Positions 9,876-21,265 of a stretch of 64,000 nt of DNA are shown piece after piece (positions within the stretch are counted from its first letter, which is position 1; each line of letters opens with the position of its first letter). The position numbers and the translations under genes are program-made. The stretch comes from an uncultured Verrucomicrobiae bacterium (lineage in GTDB: Bacteria > Verrucomicrobiota > Verrucomicrobiia > Chthoniobacterales > Chthoniobacteraceae). A model generated the notes under the pieces. That model did not search any database. It saw only the letters and a program-made list of their open reading frames with translations, and was not told the origin of the DNA. Where the stretch lies: positions 608,001 through 672,000 of the forward strand of contig CAVYKI010000003.1 in NCBI GenBank assembly GCA_963769025.1. Direction: 5' to 3'.

Positions 9876-10834
9876 TCATACGGTGAGATGCCGCTTCACC
9901 ACTTCATCGGTCAGCGCTGCGACAGGCCCGGACGCCACGACCGTGCCGCGATCCATGATCGCGAAGACGTCGGCAAGCTCGCTGCAAAAATCGAGATACT
10001 GCTCGACGAGCAGGATGCTCATCTTGGCTTCGCCGTGGAGCCGCTGGAGCGCGGAGCCGATCTCGTCTCCGAGCCTCGTTCCCTCGGGCTGCTGCCTGCG
10101 GAGCTGGTCGATGCATTCGGCGAACCGGTTGAACATCGCGGGATGTTTTTCGACGCCTTCGCGCAGCAGGACGGTGATGGTTTCGCTGACCTCCGCCAGC
10201 AGCGGCGAATCCGGGCGTTCCCTCGTTGCGATAGCGTCTTCAGCGACTGGTTGATCTCGGCAAGCAATGCCGGGCTCATTGTGGTGGCCGCCGCGGCGGA
10301 GGAGCTTAATGGCATCGCCGATCTGGTCGATGATGTTGGGCTGAATGCCTTCGGTCGGCTCGTCGAGGATGAGGATCTTCGGCTCGGTGAGCAGCGCGCG
10401 GCCGATGGCGAGCTGCTGCTGCTGGCCGCCGGAGAGCATGCCGCCTTTGCGCGGCAGGAATTCCTTCAGGATCGGGAAGAGGCTGAAGACGCGGTCGAGG
10501 CTGCCGTTCGATCTTTTTGCCGAGCGCGATGGCGCCGATGTGCAGGTTCTCCTCGACGGTGAGCTGCGGGAAGATGTCGCGCCCTTGCGGGACGTAGCCG
10601 ATGCCGGCGGCGGCGCGCGCCTCGGAGGAGAGCTTGGTGATGTCCTGGCCGTCGAGCGTGATGCGGCCGGCGCTCGGCTTCATCACGCCGGTGATGCTGC
10701 GCAGCGTGCGAGGTCTTGCCGACGCCGTTGCGGCCCATGAGGCAGAAGACCTTGTGGTCCGGCACCTCGAAATCAACGCCGCGCAGGATGCGGCTGCCGC
10801 CGATGGAGAGTTCGATGGATTCTACCTTCAGCAT
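9876..10834 (-). CDS. urtE: Urea ABC transporter ATPase UrtE (frameshifted; roughly 75-aa insertion)
   Basis: GRNGVGKT, YVPQGRDIFPQLTVEENL, LSGGQQQQLAIGRAL, LDEPTEGIQPNII, LLVEQYLDF. Confidence 0.88.
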
Positions 10835-10837
10835 GGT

Positions 10838-11621
10838 TCAGTGGGTGCGGGCCTTCCGGCCGAGATAGACTTCGATGCACGCGTTCGTCGTTCTGCACTT
10901 CATCGACCGGGCCTTCGCAGAGGACGCTGCCCTGGTGGAGCACGGTGACTTTGCGGCCCGGCGGCGATCTGCCGGACGAAGACCATGTCGTGCTCGATGA
11001 CGACGATGGTGTGCTTGCCGGCGAGGCAGAGGAGCAGTTCGCCGGTCTTGTGCGTTTCCTCGTCGGTCATGCCGGCGGCGGGTTCATCGACGAGGAGCAG
11101 CTTGGCGTTTTGCGCGAGGAGCATGCCGATCTCCAGCCACTGCTTCTGGCCGTGCGCGAGCGCGCCGGCCTTCCAGTCGCGCTGTTTCGTCGAGATTGAT
11201 CGTCTTGAGGATCTCGTCCATCCGGTCGCGTTCGGCGCTGTTCGGCTTGTGGAAGAGGCTCGCCCAGACGCCGCGGCTGCCCTCGAGGCTGAGCAGCAGA
11301 TTTTCCCAGACCGTGTGGTCGGTATAGACCGTGGGCGTCTGGAATTTCCGGCCGATGCCGAGCCGGTAGATCTGGTACTCGTTCATCCGCGTCACGTCGT
11401 GCGCGCCCTCGAATTCGATCGTGCCCGTGTCGGGCTTGGTGCGGCCGGTGATGAGATCGAGGAAGGTCGTCTTGCCCGCGCCGTTCGGCCCGATGACGGT
11501 GCGCAGTTCTCCCTCATCGAGGTAGAAGTTGAGGTTCGTGATGGCCTTGAAGCCGGCGAACGCCTTGTTCACGCCCTCGGCGGCGAGGAGAAATTGTTCG
11601 TTGGGTGGAATCGATCTTCAT
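10838..11621 (-). CDS. urtD: Urea ABC transporter ATPase UrtD (frameshifted)
   Basis: GPNGAGKTT, GIGRKFQTPTV, LVDEPAAGMT, VIEHDM, EVYLGR. Confidence 0.9.
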
Positions 11622-12768
11622 GGCTCCACGGCAGACTTGTCGGACAGGGCGGGTTCAGGCTCGCCGGCTTTTCGTCTGGCAAACACGCCGCGCAACTGCG
11701 CGGGCAGGCCGACGATTCCCTTGGGCATGAAGAGCACGACGAGGATGAACAGCACGCCGAGGATGATGAGCCAGTAGATCGGGATAGGCGCGCGTCGCCC
11801 AGCTCTTCAGCGCGTTCACGCTGATGGCGCCGATGATCGGGCCGACGAGCGTGCCGCGTCCGCCGACCGCGCACCAGACGACGGCTTCGAGCGATTTCTC
11901 CGGCGTCATCTCGCTCGGGTTGATGATGCCGACCTGCGGGACGTAGAGCGCGCCGCCGAGCGCTCGCGATGACGGCGCACGACGACGAAGATGAAGAGCT
12001 TGTAGTTCGCCGCGGCGTAGCCGGAGAAAAGCACGCGCGTTCTCGCGAGTCGCGGATGGCGCGCTGCACGAGGCCGAACTTCGTCGCGCGTGAGCCAGCG
12101 GCAGCAGCGCATAGACCGCGACGAGCAGCGACCGCCGTGGCGATGTAGAGGCCGCGCTGCGTCGCCGGCGTCGCGCATGTCGGCGCCGAGGACGCGCTTG
12201 AAATCGGTGAAGCCGTTGTTGCCGCCCATGGTCATGTCGTTGCGGAAGAACATGAGCGCCGCGCCGTAGGTGAGCGCCTGGGTGAGGATGGAGAAATAGA
12301 CGCCCTTGATCCGCGAGCGGAAGGCGAGGAAACCGAAGACCAGCGCGAGCAGCGCCGGGCACGAGCACGACCATGAGCAGCCGCGAAGCGGAAGGACGTA
12401 GAACGGCTTCCAGAACGTCGGCAGCAAGGTGTGCCCGAGGAAGACCATGAAGTCCGGCAGCAGGTTCGGATTGTTGCCGGACTTGAAGTACTGCCCGTCC
12501 TCCCCGATCATCAGCATGAGGTGCATGCCGAGCATGTAGCCGCCGAGGCTGAAAGAAGAGCGCCTGGCCGAGGCTGAGCAGGCCGGTGTAGCCCCAGAGC
12601 AGGTCGACGCGAGATCGCGAGCAGGCCGTAGCAGAGATATTTGCCCCAGAGGTTGATCGTGAAGTTGCTGACGACGCCCGCGGCATTCAGCGCGGGCAGG
12701 ACGACCACGAGAATCACGGCGATGATGGCCGCGATCAGGAGTTCGATTTTGGAAATATTGCGCTTCAT
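11618..12768 (-). CDS. urtC: Urea ABC transporter permease UrtC (frameshifted)
   Basis: [65 protein letters not shown]. Confidence 0.9.
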
Positions 12769-12784
12769 TTTTGGGTCGTGGCGC

Positions 12785-14535
12785 TCAGCCTTCGAGGCTG
12801 CGGCTCTTGGTGACGAAGAGTCCCGCCGGCCGCCATTGGAGGAAGAGGATGATGCCCACGAGGACGAGGATCTTTCCGAGCACGGGATTGCGCAGGATTT
12901 GCTGCAGGCTCTGGTCGACCACGCCGATGCCGAGCGCGCTGACGACCGTGCCGATGATGTTGCCCACGCCGCCGACGACCACGGTCATGAAGGAATCGAC
13001 GATGTAGTTCTGGCCGAGGCCCGGGCCGACATTGCCGATCTGGCGAGAGGAACGCGCCGGCGAGACCCGCGAGGCCGCTGCCGAAGGCGAAGGTGAGCAT
13101 GTTCACCCGCTCGGTGCGCACGCCCATGCAGGCGGCCATCTGGCGGTTTTGCATGACGGCGCGGATGAGCAGGCCGAGCGGAGTTTTCGTGAGCAGCAGC
13201 GCAGGTGCCGAAGATGATGAGGACGGCGAAGCCGATGACGAAGACGCGGTTCCAGCCGAAGATGACGTCGTTGACGGTCCAGTTGCCGCTGAGAGCCAGC
13301 GCGGGCTGAATAGACCTGCACGTTGTTCGCGCCGAAGATGAGGCGGAAGAGCTGCTGCAGGACGAGCGAGACGCCCCAGGTGGCGAGGAGCGATTCCAGC
13401 GGACGGCGGTAGAGGAAGCGGATGACGCCGCGCTCCAGCGCGATGCCGACGAGCGCCGCGCATGAGGAAGCTGAGCGGGCAGCGCGACGAGGAAGTAGCA
13501 GTCGAGCGCGCTGCCGGTGAGGTCCATGCCGCCGGGACGGTGAATCGGCATGCCGAAGGGCGAGAAGTGCACGAGCCCGGCGCCGAAGATGCCCTGCACG
13601 ACGTAGGTCGTGTAGGCGCCGACGGCGATCAGTTCGCCGTGCGCCATATTGATCACGCCCATGAGGCCGAAGGTGATGGCGAGGCCGATGGCGACGACGA
13701 GCAGGATGGAGCCGAGCGAGATCCGCGGAAGCCGGTGCCGATCGCGTTGACCATCTTGACGTGCGATTCGACCGACTTCAGCGCGGCTTGCGCGGCCGTG
13801 ACCACCTCCGGCTCGCCTTCGCTGTCCTTGATGAGCTGCTTGAGAAAGTCGCGGCTCGGAATGGAGCCGAGCGCCTTCAGCTCGTTCACCGCGGCGATCT
13901 GCTCGGCGGGCTCCTCGGCCTTGAGCTGGATGAGCGCGACCGCCTCGCGGTACGGCGCGCAGGACCTTGGCGTCCTTCTCGGTCTTCTCCGCGGCGTCGC
14001 AACGCGCGGGAGCTTCTCCACATCCTGGGCCATGCCGAGCGTGCTGATGGCCTGGATGCGCTTCTCGCGGTCCGGGTCGAGCGAGCGCGAGAAGATCGAG
14101 CACGCGTCTTCATCGCGCCGCGGAGATTCGGAGTCGTGCTCCGCAGTATCGACATCGGCCGCGACGAGCCGCAGCGGCTTTCCGTCCGCGTCCTGAGCAG
14201 AGGCTTGCCGTCATCCACGCGGAACGCCGCCTGCGCGTCCTCGCCGTCCTTTTCCCCGCCGAGCGTGACCGGGATTTTCTGCTGCCGTCGCGCCTTGTAA
14301 ATGAAAATGCGCGTCCTCCTTCCACGCGTCGAGCAGCGCGCGGATGATCGAGTCATCCGCCCGGCCGATGAGGCTGCTGATGAGCGCGACCTTCTTCTCG
14401 TCGTCCTCTTCGACGAATCGCCTGCGCGATGATCTGCCGGGGCGACTGCACCTGCGCACGCAGCGAGGGGCCGGCAAGCAGGACGAGCAGGGTGATGAAT
14501 TGCAGGGCACGCGATGCGGCCGCAGAAAATGTCAT
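12785..14535 (-). CDS. urtB: Urea ABC transporter permease UrtB with N-terminal helical extension (heavily frameshifted)
   Basis: [50 protein letters not shown]. Confidence 0.87.
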
Positions 14536-14548
14536 TGGGTTCGAGATG

Positions 14549-14581
14549 CGGGGCGGGTCCGTCATAGCGAACCCGCCCCGG
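14549..14581. terminator. GC-rich stem-loop between urtA and urtB (mRNA stabiliser or partial terminator)
   Basis: cggggcgggtccg-tcata-gcgaacccgccccgg inverted repeat directly after the binding-protein gene. Confidence 0.45.
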
Positions 14582-14628
14582 CGATTTCGTGGCACGCGGG
14601 CTGTGGCGCCCGCGCGTGGAATGTTCGC

Positions 14629-15941
14629 TTACTTCTTCTTCGGCTTGGCTTCCGCCGTCTTGCCTTCCTTCGGCTTGAAGGTGCCCTTGAGGAAGGGCTC
14701 GCCGTAGACGTTCTCGTACGTCTTCAGGATCTTGAACTGTCCGTCGGCCTTGGTTTCGCCGATGTAGACGTTCTTCGTCAGGTGATGGTTCTTCTGCGTG
14801 GTGACCTTGCCGCCGGGGCCGTCGAAGCTGATGCCGCTTTCAAGCGCGGCGACGACCTTGTCCACGTCGAAGCTCTTCGGCCTTCTCGACCGCGGCTTTC
14901 CAGAGGTAGACGCCGTCGTAGCTCAGCACCATCGGCGAGCAGGTCACGCGGCCTTCCTTCACGATGCCGGGGACCGTGCGTCGTCTTCAGCCAGGCCTGG
15001 AAGTCGGCGACGAACTTCTTGTTCGCCGGCGACTTGATCGACTGGAAGTAGGTCCAGCAGCCGAGCTGGCCGACGAGCTGCTTGGCCGGGCAGGCCGCGG
15101 AATTCATCTTCCGAGATCGAGAAGCGAAACGACCGGGCAGGTCTCGGCGGTGAGACCGGCGGCGGCGTATTCCTTGAAGAACGGCACGTTGGTGTCGCCG
15201 TTGAGCGTGCTGATGACGCAGGCCTTGCCGCCGGCGGCGAACTGTTTGATCTCCGCGACGATCTGCTGGTAGTCGGTGTGGCCGAAGGGCGTGTATTTGC
15301 CCGCGGAGATGATCTTGCCGGACTCGTCCTTCTTGAAGCCGCCGCCGATGTTTTCGAGCGGCACGCCCTTGCTCAGGAGATACTCGAGCAGCACGAGGTT
15401 CGTGGTCTGCGGATAGACGTAGTCGCTGCCGAGCAGGTAGAACTTCTTCTTGCCCTGCGCGAGGTAGTAGTCCACCGCCGGCGTGGCCTGCTGGTTCACG
15501 GCTTCGGCGGTGTAGAAGATGTTCTTGGAGAGCTTCTTCGCCCTCGTATTGCACGGGGTAGAAGAGCAGGCCGTTGTTCTTCTCGAACACGGGCAGCACG
15601 GACTTGCGGCACACCGAGGTCCAGCAGCCGAAGGTCACCGCGACCTTGTCCTGCTCGAGGAGCTGCTTCGCCTTTTCGGCGAAGAGCGGCCAGTTCGAGG
15701 CGCCGTCGACGACGACGGGCTCGATCTTCTTGCCCATCACGCCGCCCTTGGCGTTGATTTCGTCGAAGGTGAAGAGCAGGACGTCGCGGAGCGAAGTCTC
15801 CGAGATGGCCATGGTGCCGCTGAGGGAGTGGAGGACGCCGACCTTGACGGTGTCCTGCGCCGTGGCGACCTGCAGGGTCGCGGCGCAAAGGCCGGCGACG
15901 AGGATGGCAGGCCGGAGGGTGTTGGTTAGTTTGCTGAGCAT
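14629..15941 (-). CDS. urtA: Urea ABC transporter substrate-binding protein UrtA (frameshifted)
   Basis: [58 protein letters not shown]. Confidence 0.93.
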
Positions 15942-16122
15942 GTTGGTTGTTTTCGGGTTCGGTTGTTACGTGCGTGAGTCGTGAGGTTCGGGCGCTGGCG
16001 GCGCGAAGCAGCGCTCCGGAAATCCGGGGGCTGCGAAGCGTGCTGTTACTTTCTGCTCATGTCCTTTTCGCTCGTGGTTGGATTGGGTTTTTGGCGCCTG
16101 GTGGACGCTCGCCTCGCGGCTT

Positions 16123-16138
16123 AGCACGGTGCATGCCA
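16123..16138 (-). promoter_or_regulatory. Sigma54 (-24/-12) promoter for the urt-ure operon
   Basis: Minus strand TGGCATGCACCGTGCT (GG-N10-GC), about 180 bp upstream of urtA. Confidence 0.65.
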
Positions 16139-16523
16139 GCGCATTGTTCCGGGAGCTTTCCGAAGTCATCCGCGACGCGCTCAACAGATTGGAAAGCGCG
16201 GGAATTTTTTCTCGCGCCGCGTGAAACGGAGCGGACCTCCCCCACTTCGGCGGCTCCTCCCGAGTGAACAATATTTGTCGGTGTGGCTGATTCACCACAC
16301 ACCTCCCGGAGTGCTGGCGAAAACCCAGCACCTCCTCGCGAAGCTGCAATCCACAACCCGATCTCCGTCGGCTCCTACTGCGGCAGAGCGCCCTTCCAAG
16401 GCACCGCCCGGAATTTCAAGTTGAGCCCGGGCACCCATTCACCGAAGCAGTAGCTCATCCGCCGCCCATCGTTCCCTCCCGGGCATCGCCAAAAGGCGCG
16501 GGATAATTCCATCGCCATCACCC

Positions 16524-16997
16524 GTGCCCGGCCGCCGCACAATCCCACTCAAACGAATCGCGATGTGCTATCTCTTCGACGTGCTGCCCACGATTGGAAA
16601 AATTTGCGGCATCACCGGCCCGGCGACCAGCGAGGGCATCGACTTCAGTGCCACGCTCCGCGATCCCGCAAAGCCCGCGCGCAGCGAGATGATGTTCGCC
16701 TACCGCAACGTCCAGCGCGCCATCCGCGACGACCGATGGAAGCTCATCCGCTACCCGCAGGTGGACAGGACGCAGCTCTTCGACCTTCAGGCCGACCCGC
16801 AGGAAATCACGAACCTCGCCGACAAGCCCGAGCACGCCGCCAAGGTCGCCGAACTGACTGCACTCCTCGAGAAAGCGCAGCAACAGTTCGGAGACACCGC
16901 GCCGCTCAAGGTCGCCAGCCCCAAGCCCGCCGAGTGGACACCGCCGGCAAAACCCGCGAAGCGCGTGAAGCAAGCCGAGGTGCCGGGCAGCCAATAG
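16524..16997 (+). pseudogene. C-terminal fragment of a sulfatase
   Basis: DVLPTI...EGIDF...RAIRDDRWKLIRY...LFDLQADPQEITNLA; no N-terminal CxPxR domain seen upstream. Confidence 0.75.
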
Positions 16998-17072
16998 GAT
17001 GCCTGCCGCGAAGCGCGGGCCTCGCGCTTTTCACGACGCGCAGCTCCATCGCGCAACTCTCCGACACCCGCG

Positions 17073-17357
17073 CTAGGCCGGCACGCCGAAGCGGTGATTC
17101 GCCTCGGCCCGGTCGATGCCGAGCGACCGGCAAAGATGGTTGCCGGTGAGGATGCCGGCGGCGGTCTTGAGCATTTTGTCAAAGTCCGCCTTCGGCAATG
17201 CGGTGCCCTGGTGGAGCACCTCCTTGATCTTGAATCCGCGCTCGAGGAGCTGCGTGAGGAACTCCTCACACGTCACGGGATCGTCCGTCAGGTAGTGGTG
17301 CGACTGCTCGTGGCCGTGGAAGGGAATGGCATATTCGACTTTGTATTTTGCGAGCAT
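17073..17357 (-). CDS. Small hypothetical protein (94 aa)
   Basis: MLAKYKVEYAIPF...; protein-like composition and GC3 bias. Confidence 0.65.
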   Translation of the reverse strand: MLAKYKVEYAIPFHGHEQSHHYLTDDPVTCEEFLTQLLERGFKIKEVLHQGTALPKADFDKMLKTAAGILTGNHLCRSLGIDRAEANHRFGVPA

Positions 17358-17555
17358 GGGATTGGTGGGGTTGAGGTTTGATTTTGGCGCATCCACCGCC
17401 GGGGTCGCGAGCCTCTGCAAGGCCGTGCCGCAATCGGGGAGGATGTTCGGTTCATGGGGAGCCTTTCTTCCATAAAGGACCATACATTCGGGCACCGGTC
17501 GAGGCTGCGCGGCACTTGCCCAACGCTGGGCGAATCTTGCGCGGTCGCCGTCCTC

Positions 17556-18389
17556 TCAGCCTGTGCGCCATGCGGTGCGACGGAGAAATTGCCGGCCGCG
17601 CCGGGCGCCCTCGAGAATCTGCCCCGGTTCGCCGTGCCCGGCGATTTCCATCATGAGCGAGCCGCGAAAGTCGTGCTTTCGCAGGAGTCCGAGGACGTGT
17701 GGCCACGGGACCGCGCCCTGCCCTGGCGGAAGGTGGTCGTCGTGTTGCCCGTGGTTGTCGCTCGCGTGGAGCATGCAGAGATGGTGCGAGAGTTTCTGCA
17801 CCGCGGTGTCGAGCTCGCCGGCGAGGTGCGCGTGGCCGGTGTCCAGGCACACGCCCGCATCGGTGACGGACATCGCGCCGAGGATCCAGAGCATGTCGGC
17901 GGTGTTCCCGAAAAGGAGGTGCGGGAGCTTGTTTTCGAGCACGCAGCGGATGCCGAGCCGGTTGCAGTGCGCGGCGACTTCGCTCAGCGAATGGGCGACG
18001 TTCTCGAGCCGCTGCACGCGCTCGTCGCCGTGCGGGAGGCGGCCGCGTTCCGGGCCCGGATGAATCACAAAGTGCCGGACTCCGAGCACCGCCGCAGCCT
18101 CCGCGGCAGTGATCACTTCGCGGACGGACGCGGAGCGCTGTCCGGCGTCGAGCGAGCTGATGTCGATGTGCTCGGCAAATGGGGCATGGAAAGAGTAGGC
18201 ACTGATGCCGAGTGCATCGAGGCGCTCCGCGACCCGACGCACGCAGGCGATGTCATGGTAGTCGAGGTGCGCGGGGAACGAGCAAATCTCCACGAGGCTG
18301 AAGCCACCCGCGAGGATGGCATCAAGGCAGTCAAAGATGCTCTTCCGGTAGAAACAGCCGGTTGAGAGGCCGACGGGCCAGTCGCTCAT
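17556..18389 (-). CDS. Sugar phosphate isomerase/epimerase (AP-endonuclease-2 TIM barrel)
   Basis: SFHAPF, VIHPG, VLENK, CLDTGHA, LHASDN, DDHLPPGQG, LMMEI. Confidence 0.88.
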   Translation of the reverse strand: MSDWPVGLSTGCFYRKSIFDCLDAILAGGFSLVEICSFPAHLDYHDIACVRRVAERLDALGISAYSFHAPFAEHIDISSLDAGQRSASVREVITAAEAAAVLGVRHFVIHPGPERGRLPHGDERVQRLENVAHSLSEVAAHCNRLGIRCVLENKLPHLLFGNTADMLWILGAMSVTDAGVCLDTGHAHLAGELDTAVQKLSHHLCMLHASDNHGQHDDHLPPGQGAVPWPHVLGLLRKHDFRGSLMMEIAGHGEPGQILEGARRGRQFLRRTAWRTG

Positions 18390-19797
18390 GTTTTCTCCTT
18401 TCCAAGAGTGAACTGCGGAAACGCAGCAGGTTTTCGTTGCAGTGCTCGACAAAGCAGATGCCCTCCTCGCGGGCCGACGTGCAGTTGAAATCGACGAGGT
18501 CATCCACCCCGGCGAAGAAGAGACCCGCAAAGACGCGGGCGAAGAAATCGGCGCGCGTCGCGGGATCGTAGCCGCGCCATTGGTCGCCCCATCCGTGGTC
18601 GCGTTCGTATTTCGAGCGCAGCAGCCCGGCGATGTGCCGCGGATGCCATCCGAGCGCGAGCAGCACGCGAACGACGCGCTGCGCGCAGCCGGGCCGGAGC
18701 AGCAGGTCGTTGGGACGTTCGAGGATTGTGCGCGAGCATGGCGAGAGCGCCTCCAGCGGGAGCGTGTCGTACGTCTCGGGCCACAGCGCCGGGGCCTCGT
18801 GCTCGGTGGAGTAAAATTCCGCGTGAAACGCCGCCAGCCGCGAACGGCGGTAGGCCCCGACAAGCTGCTGCATCGGCAACGAGGCATCGGGGATCTTCGT
18901 CGTGGACGTCGCCGCCAGCGAGGCGGCGGCGGCCGGGTCGTGCCGGACCGCGAGCGCCTCCGCGACAGTGAGGCCGCCACTGGGGATGACCACGAAGGGC
19001 CGGATCCGGCGGACGAGCTCGTCGCCGATGTCGGCACGCTGCTGGTCGGGTTTCAGATAGACGCTGAACGGGACGCGGATCACGCGCGAGCAAAGCGGGT
19101 CGGCATACTCCGTGATGTCCACGGAGATCATCTCGCGGCCGTGCGGGCCGCGACCGGTCTCGATCGCGCCGAGTTCCACCGGGAGTTCGCACTTGGGCGC
19201 GGCGCGCCGCTTGATCTCGTGGGCGAGGAATTCGATCACCAGGCCGAGCCCGGCGAAGGCAGCCCCGAGTTCCGGGGTGACATGCTCGCCCGTCGGCGCG
19301 CACTCGGTCGCGTAGAGGCGCTTGAGCGAAGCGGAGACATGGCCGAGATCCGCGAGTTCCCTGAACGCCGCGCAGTCGCGGGTGATGCGCCACACGAGGT
19401 GGTAGCCGCGGCCGGTCATGAGCCTGAGCGGTTGAATGCCATGCGAACCGAGCACCTCCGCAGCCGCGGCAATCACCGACTCCTGAAGGGCGAAGATGCG
19501 TTCCTCGTTCAGGAACGGATACGCCGGATCGTCGAAATTCACGTACTCGGTGTCGAGGTGGCAGATGAGCGATTCGCGATCCCACAGCGAGCGGTTCAGC
19601 TCGACGCCACGGTCCATCCAGCTCCGCAACTCATCGACCGGCAGCGCCTCCCGGTGGCGTGATCCGTCCTCCGTGCCGACCGCGAGAAACACGGCAGGGC
19701 GCTCGTCGTGCGCGGCTTCCCCGAAGAATTCGCAAATCCGCGCGCGCACATTCTCGTCGCGGCAAAACGCGTGTCGGGCTTCGGGTGTGAAGTTCAT
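18331..19797 (-). CDS. Hypothetical protein with AEP primase-like motifs and a Cys-rich C-terminus
   Basis: HLDTEY, MTGRGYHLVW, SVD...RVIRVPFS; C-terminal SPC...NC...GIC...HC. Confidence 0.7.
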   Translation of the reverse strand: MNFTPEARHAFCRDENVRARICEFFGEAAHDERPAVFLAVGTEDGSRHREALPVDELRSWMDRGVELNRSLWDRESLICHLDTEYVNFDDPAYPFLNEERIFALQESVIAAAAEVLGSHGIQPLRLMTGRGYHLVWRITRDCAAFRELADLGHVSASLKRLYATECAPTGEHVTPELGAAFAGLGLVIEFLAHEIKRRAAPKCELPVELGAIETGRGPHGREMISVDITEYADPLCSRVIRVPFSVYLKPDQQRADIGDELVRRIRPFVVIPSGGLTVAEALAVRHDPAAAASLAATSTTKIPDASLPMQQLVGAYRRSRLAAFHAEFYSTEHEAPALWPETYDTLPLEALSPCSRTILERPNDLLLRPGCAQRVVRVLLALGWHPRHIAGLLRSKYERDHGWGDQWRGYDPATRADFFARVFAGLFFAGVDDLVDFNCTSAREEGICFVEHCNENLLRFRSSLLERRKHERLARRPLNRLFLPEEHL

Positions 19798-20032
19798 GGC
19801 TCGGTTTTCCCTGCGGGTGGCCGGGTTTTTCCGGCGCCCCAGGCGGGAGTTCTTCCCATTGAAATGTAGGCGCGCTGGTTTGCGGCGTCTTTGCGTTTCT
19901 TGCCCGAAAACGCCCGCAGCTTGGCGCACAAGATGCCCGCCCCTCGCGCTCCGGCGAAATCGGGAGCCGGCTCAGAATTTTGACAAGCGCCGTATTGCGT
20001 CGCTCGATAAACACGGCGATACTGGCTGCGCA

Positions 20033-21166
20033 ATGAACGATCTCGGCAACCCGATGCCCACCGCCAATCCCGCGAAGCCCAAGCCCGACACTTCGGCATG
20101 GAAGGCAATTGTCCTCAAATATCAGGAGCCCTCGCTGCCGCGTGCAATCTGGCAGCTGGTGAACACGCTCGGCCCCTACGCCTTTCTGTGGTACCTGATG
20201 TATTGGAGCCTCTCGGTCTCCTACTGGCTCACGGCCGCTTTCGCGATCCTCGCCGGAATGTTCCTCGTCCGCATCTTCATCATCTTCCACGACTGCGGGC
20301 ATGGCTCCTTCTTCAGATCGCGGCTCGCCAACGACGTTGTGGGTTTCATCACCGGAGTGCTGACGCTCACCCCGTACTACCACTGGCGCTGGGAGCATTC
20401 CATCCACCACGCCAGCGCGGGACACCTGGATCGCCGCGGCACGGGAGACGTCTGGACGATGACCGTGGAGGAATACCTGAGGTCGTCGCGCTGGAAGCGC
20501 TTCGCGTACCGGCTCGCGCGGAACCCGTTCGTGCTTTTCGGCATCGCGCCGATCTACCTGTTCGTGATCTCGCAGCGTTTTTACGTCTCCAAGGCCAGCC
20601 CGCGCGAACGCTGGTCGGTCCGCTGGATGAACCTCGCGGTCCTCGGCGTCGCCGTGGCGCTCAGCGCGGCATTTTCGATCGGCCACGGCTGGGCCGTCGG
20701 GATCACGGCCTACCTCCTCATTCATCTGACCATCGTCATGGTGGGCGGCGGCGTGGGCATCTGGATGTTCTACGTGCAGCACCAGTTTGAGGACGTTTAT
20801 TGGGAGCGGGAGGAGAACTGGGACTTCACGGCGGCCGCGCTCGAGGGCAGCTCCTTCTACAAGCTGCCGAAGATCCTCCAGTGGTTCTCGGGGAACATCG
20901 GATTCCATCACATCCACCACCTCAGCCCGAGGATTCCCAACTACAACCTCGAGCGGTGCCACAAGGCCGACCCGCTGTTCCAGGACGTGAAGGCGATCAC
21001 CTTTTTCTCGAGCCTCAAGTCGCTCACCTACCGCCTGTGGGACGAGCAAAAGCGGAAGCTGGTGGGCTTCGGTCACATCAGGCACCAGCCGAGAAAGCGC
21101 GACACCAGTCCGGCCGAGAAGCAGCCGGTCGAGACTCGCGGAGAGACATCCCCGAAGGAGCGCTGA
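20033..21166 (+). CDS. Membrane fatty acid desaturase (Bacillus Des-like)
   Basis: His boxes HDCGH, HSIHH, HHIHH; FYVQHQFE; PRIPNYNL. Confidence 0.92.
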   Translation: MNDLGNPMPTANPAKPKPDTSAWKAIVLKYQEPSLPRAIWQLVNTLGPYAFLWYLMYWSLSVSYWLTAAFAILAGMFLVRIFIIFHDCGHGSFFRSRLANDVVGFITGVLTLTPYYHWRWEHSIHHASAGHLDRRGTGDVWTMTVEEYLRSSRWKRFAYRLARNPFVLFGIAPIYLFVISQRFYVSKASPRERWSVRWMNLAVLGVAVALSAAFSIGHGWAVGITAYLLIHLTIVMVGGGVGIWMFYVQHQFEDVYWEREENWDFTAAALEGSSFYKLPKILQWFSGNIGFHHIHHLSPRIPNYNLERCHKADPLFQDVKAITFFSSLKSLTYRLWDEQKRKLVGFGHIRHQPRKRDTSPAEKQPVETRGETSPKER

Positions 21167-21265
21167 ACGGCTCGCTCCACGGATGGAGCTGGCGGGCAAC
21201 TGGCGGGGGATTATCGGCAAATGCGGAGATGCGCGGGATGCTGAACGGGCGTAGGCTTCCCTGCC

